From an uncultured Nitrospinota bacterium (GTDB lineage: Bacteria > Tectomicrobia > Entotheonellia > J063 > CAVPRW01): a stretch of DNA of 64,000 nucleotides. Under the pieces are notes generated by a model. The model saw nothing but the letters and a program-made list of their open reading frames with translations, searched no databases and was not told the origin of the DNA. Positions within the stretch are counted from its first letter, which is position 1. Each line of letters begins with the position of its first letter. The translations under genes were made by a program, and so were the position numbers. The DNA lies in contig CAVPRW010000013.1 of assembly GCA_963707985.1 (NCBI GenBank), forward strand, positions 32,001-96,000. Direction: 5' to 3'. Positions 61,975 through 64,000 of the stretch are shown in pieces.

Positions 61975-62461
61975 AGCGCCAATTTAGCGTTCTGCTGTTG
62001 CACCCGGCTGCTGTCATCGATGAGGAGGGGATGCCAATGAAGACAGTGCCACCTTCCCAAGTGTCGATGTCGCTTAATGATGTTTGGCTTCAGTGTCGTA
62101 TCCCAGTTTATGATAGAATACCAACTCCTTAACCACGCCTAACCCCATCCCTTGGGGAGGGACATCTGCCCGTGCGTTGTGTATGACACGGGCTGATCTT
62201 TTCTGGAAAAAATTGGCAGATAGCCACAAGGGCGGGGATCATGCCATGCTTCCCACGAAGGGAGCGCAGAGTTGCGACAAGACGGAAGCCCTCGTACGAC
62301 TTCGTTGAGATAGCGACCTCAAAGAGCTCGTCCGAAAGTTGCCTAGGAAGTTGTTGAAGGCCATCGGCTTTTTTTGCTTCGAGGGTCGATGTTCATGCAG
62401 GGGCGACGCCTATTCCCACATCAACTCTGGTCTATTAGTGACAAGGCAAGGAGTCGTCGTC

Positions 62462-64000
62462 ATGGTGTCTGAGGAAGACCCTGCTTTCAGGCCCACCATG
62501 GGAATGACGCGCAAACTCGCGGCCATCCTCAGTGCCGATGTTGCGGAGTATAGCCGCTTGATGGGCGAGGATGAGGAAGCAACCATTCGCACGGTGACGG
62601 TCTACCGAGAAGTCATCGCCACCCTCATCCAGCAGTACCGCGGTCGAGTCGTGGACTCTCCAGGGGATAATCTGCTAGCCGAGTTTGTCAGTGTGACGGA
62701 TGCCGTCCAGTGCGCGGTAGCCATTCAGCGGGAGCTCAACGCGAGGAATACGGCACTCCCGCTTCAGCGTCGGATGCAGTTTCGCTTGGGCATCAACCTG
62801 GGGGACGTGATTCCGGACGGGGAGCGGATCTATGGCGATGGGGTCAATATTGCCGCACGCTTAGAGAGCTTGGCTGAAGCGGGCGGCATTTGCATTTCGG
62901 GGACCGTGTACGACCAGGTCGCGACCAAGCTCGCCTTAAGGTATGAGTTTCTGGGTGGGCGTACGGTCAAAAACATTACCAACCCGGTGCGGGTGTATCG
63001 GGTGCGATCAGAATCCGGCCCCCCGGGCCTCCAGCTGCATCGGCAGCACAGATTTGGTGTCGGACCTTGGTGGAGAATGGCCTGCGCGTTGGTGGGGCTG
63101 CTGATCATCGGGGGCGGCATAGTCAGCTGGCGGCTCTACCTCTATCCGTCATTGCCAATGAGCAGTTGCCCCCACCCAGGAGACCAGGCGCGCTCGTGTT
63201 GCCCAACAGGCCATCCATTGCCGTATTGCCGTTTGTCAACATGAGTGAAGATCCTGGCCAGGAGTATTTCAGCGACGGGATGACCGAGGATCTCATTACG
63301 GACCTCGCCAGGCTCGCGGGGCTGTTTGTCATTGCCCGAAACTCCGTCTTCATGTACAAAGGCAGGGCGGTCAAGCCTGATCAAGTAGGTCAGGAGCTCA
63401 GGGTGCAGTATGTACTAGAGGGCAGCGTGCGCAGGGCCAATAATCGCGTGCGGATCACTGCGCAGCTGATCGATGCCGCGACGGGCTACCATGTGTGGGC
63501 GGAGCGTTACGACCGGGACTTACAGGATATCTTCGCCGTGCAAGACGAGATCGCCTGGAGAATCACGAGAGCGCTGGCGCTGCGGTTAACACCGGAGGAA
63601 AGAGAACACATGGAACAAAAATACACGAACAACGTGGAGGCTTGGGAATATTTCATGCGCGGGGCAGAACTCTATCGGCAGTACACAAAGGAGGCGAATG
63701 CGCAGGCGCGGGAGCACTTCGAAAAAGCCATTAGCCTGGACCCGCAGTTTGCCAGGGCCTATGCGAATCTGGCTGGTACCCATCGACAAGATTGGACCTT
63801 TGAGTGGAGTCAGGATCTTCTCGCCTCACAGCAGCAGGCGCTCGACTTGGCGACAAAGTCTGTAGAGCTGGATCCTTCGCTACCTTATGGTCACCAGCAA
63901 TTAGCCTATATCTTTGTGTACAAAATGGAACATGACCGAGCCATCGCTGAGGCACGGGAGGCCGTCCGACTGGGCGGCTCCAGTTACGCAGATGGCTATG
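62462..64000 (+). CDS. Class III adenylate/guanylate cyclase with TolB-like and TPR regions (frameshift near 63170, runs off the window)
   Basis: RKLAAILSADVAEYSRLM, GDNLLAEF, FRLGINLGDV, GDGVNIAARLE and a TM helix; then in another frame SIAVLPFVNMS..QEYFSDGMTEDLITDL, YVLEGSVR and TPR helices. Confidence 0.9.

Overview
GC-rich bacterial accessory region. The gene content (LLM oxidoreductases, a class III cyclase-TPR protein, an ABC substrate-binding fragment, IS6/IS630/ISAs1) would fit a large soil or sponge-type genome such as Tectomicrobia, but that is only an inference. The left end carries a partial NADH dehydrogenase cluster (trxA-nuoC-nuoG-nuoH) and a patchwork of gene fragments. The core (15.2-41.4 kb, minus strand) is a four-gene DISARM/Druantia-related defence operon: SNF2 helicase, large N6-adenine methyltransferase (MTase), ~2150-aa YprA/DUF1998 helicase, and UvrD helicase. 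Most of it is heavily frameshifted. The most striking feature lies between the MTase and the YprA helicase: a co-oriented array of about 8 different toxin-antitoxin (TA) cassettes. The first four are each preceded, at ~1 kb periodicity, by a diverged copy of the operon's own MTase-3'-end/helicase-start junction, and the cassettes furthest from the MTase are mostly decayed. This looks like an integrase-free, polar cassette-accretion hotspot. A second small TA insert, including an uncharacterised gene pair, sits between the SNF2 and MTase genes. The right part holds MmgE/PrpD, a HicB-like/PIN pair, IS remnants, a DUF4157 protein, lipid-related enzymes, an oxidoreductase cluster and a cyclase-TPR gene running off the end. 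No rRNA, complete tRNA or CRISPR array was seen. All family assignments come from motif recognition by eye; no searches were run.
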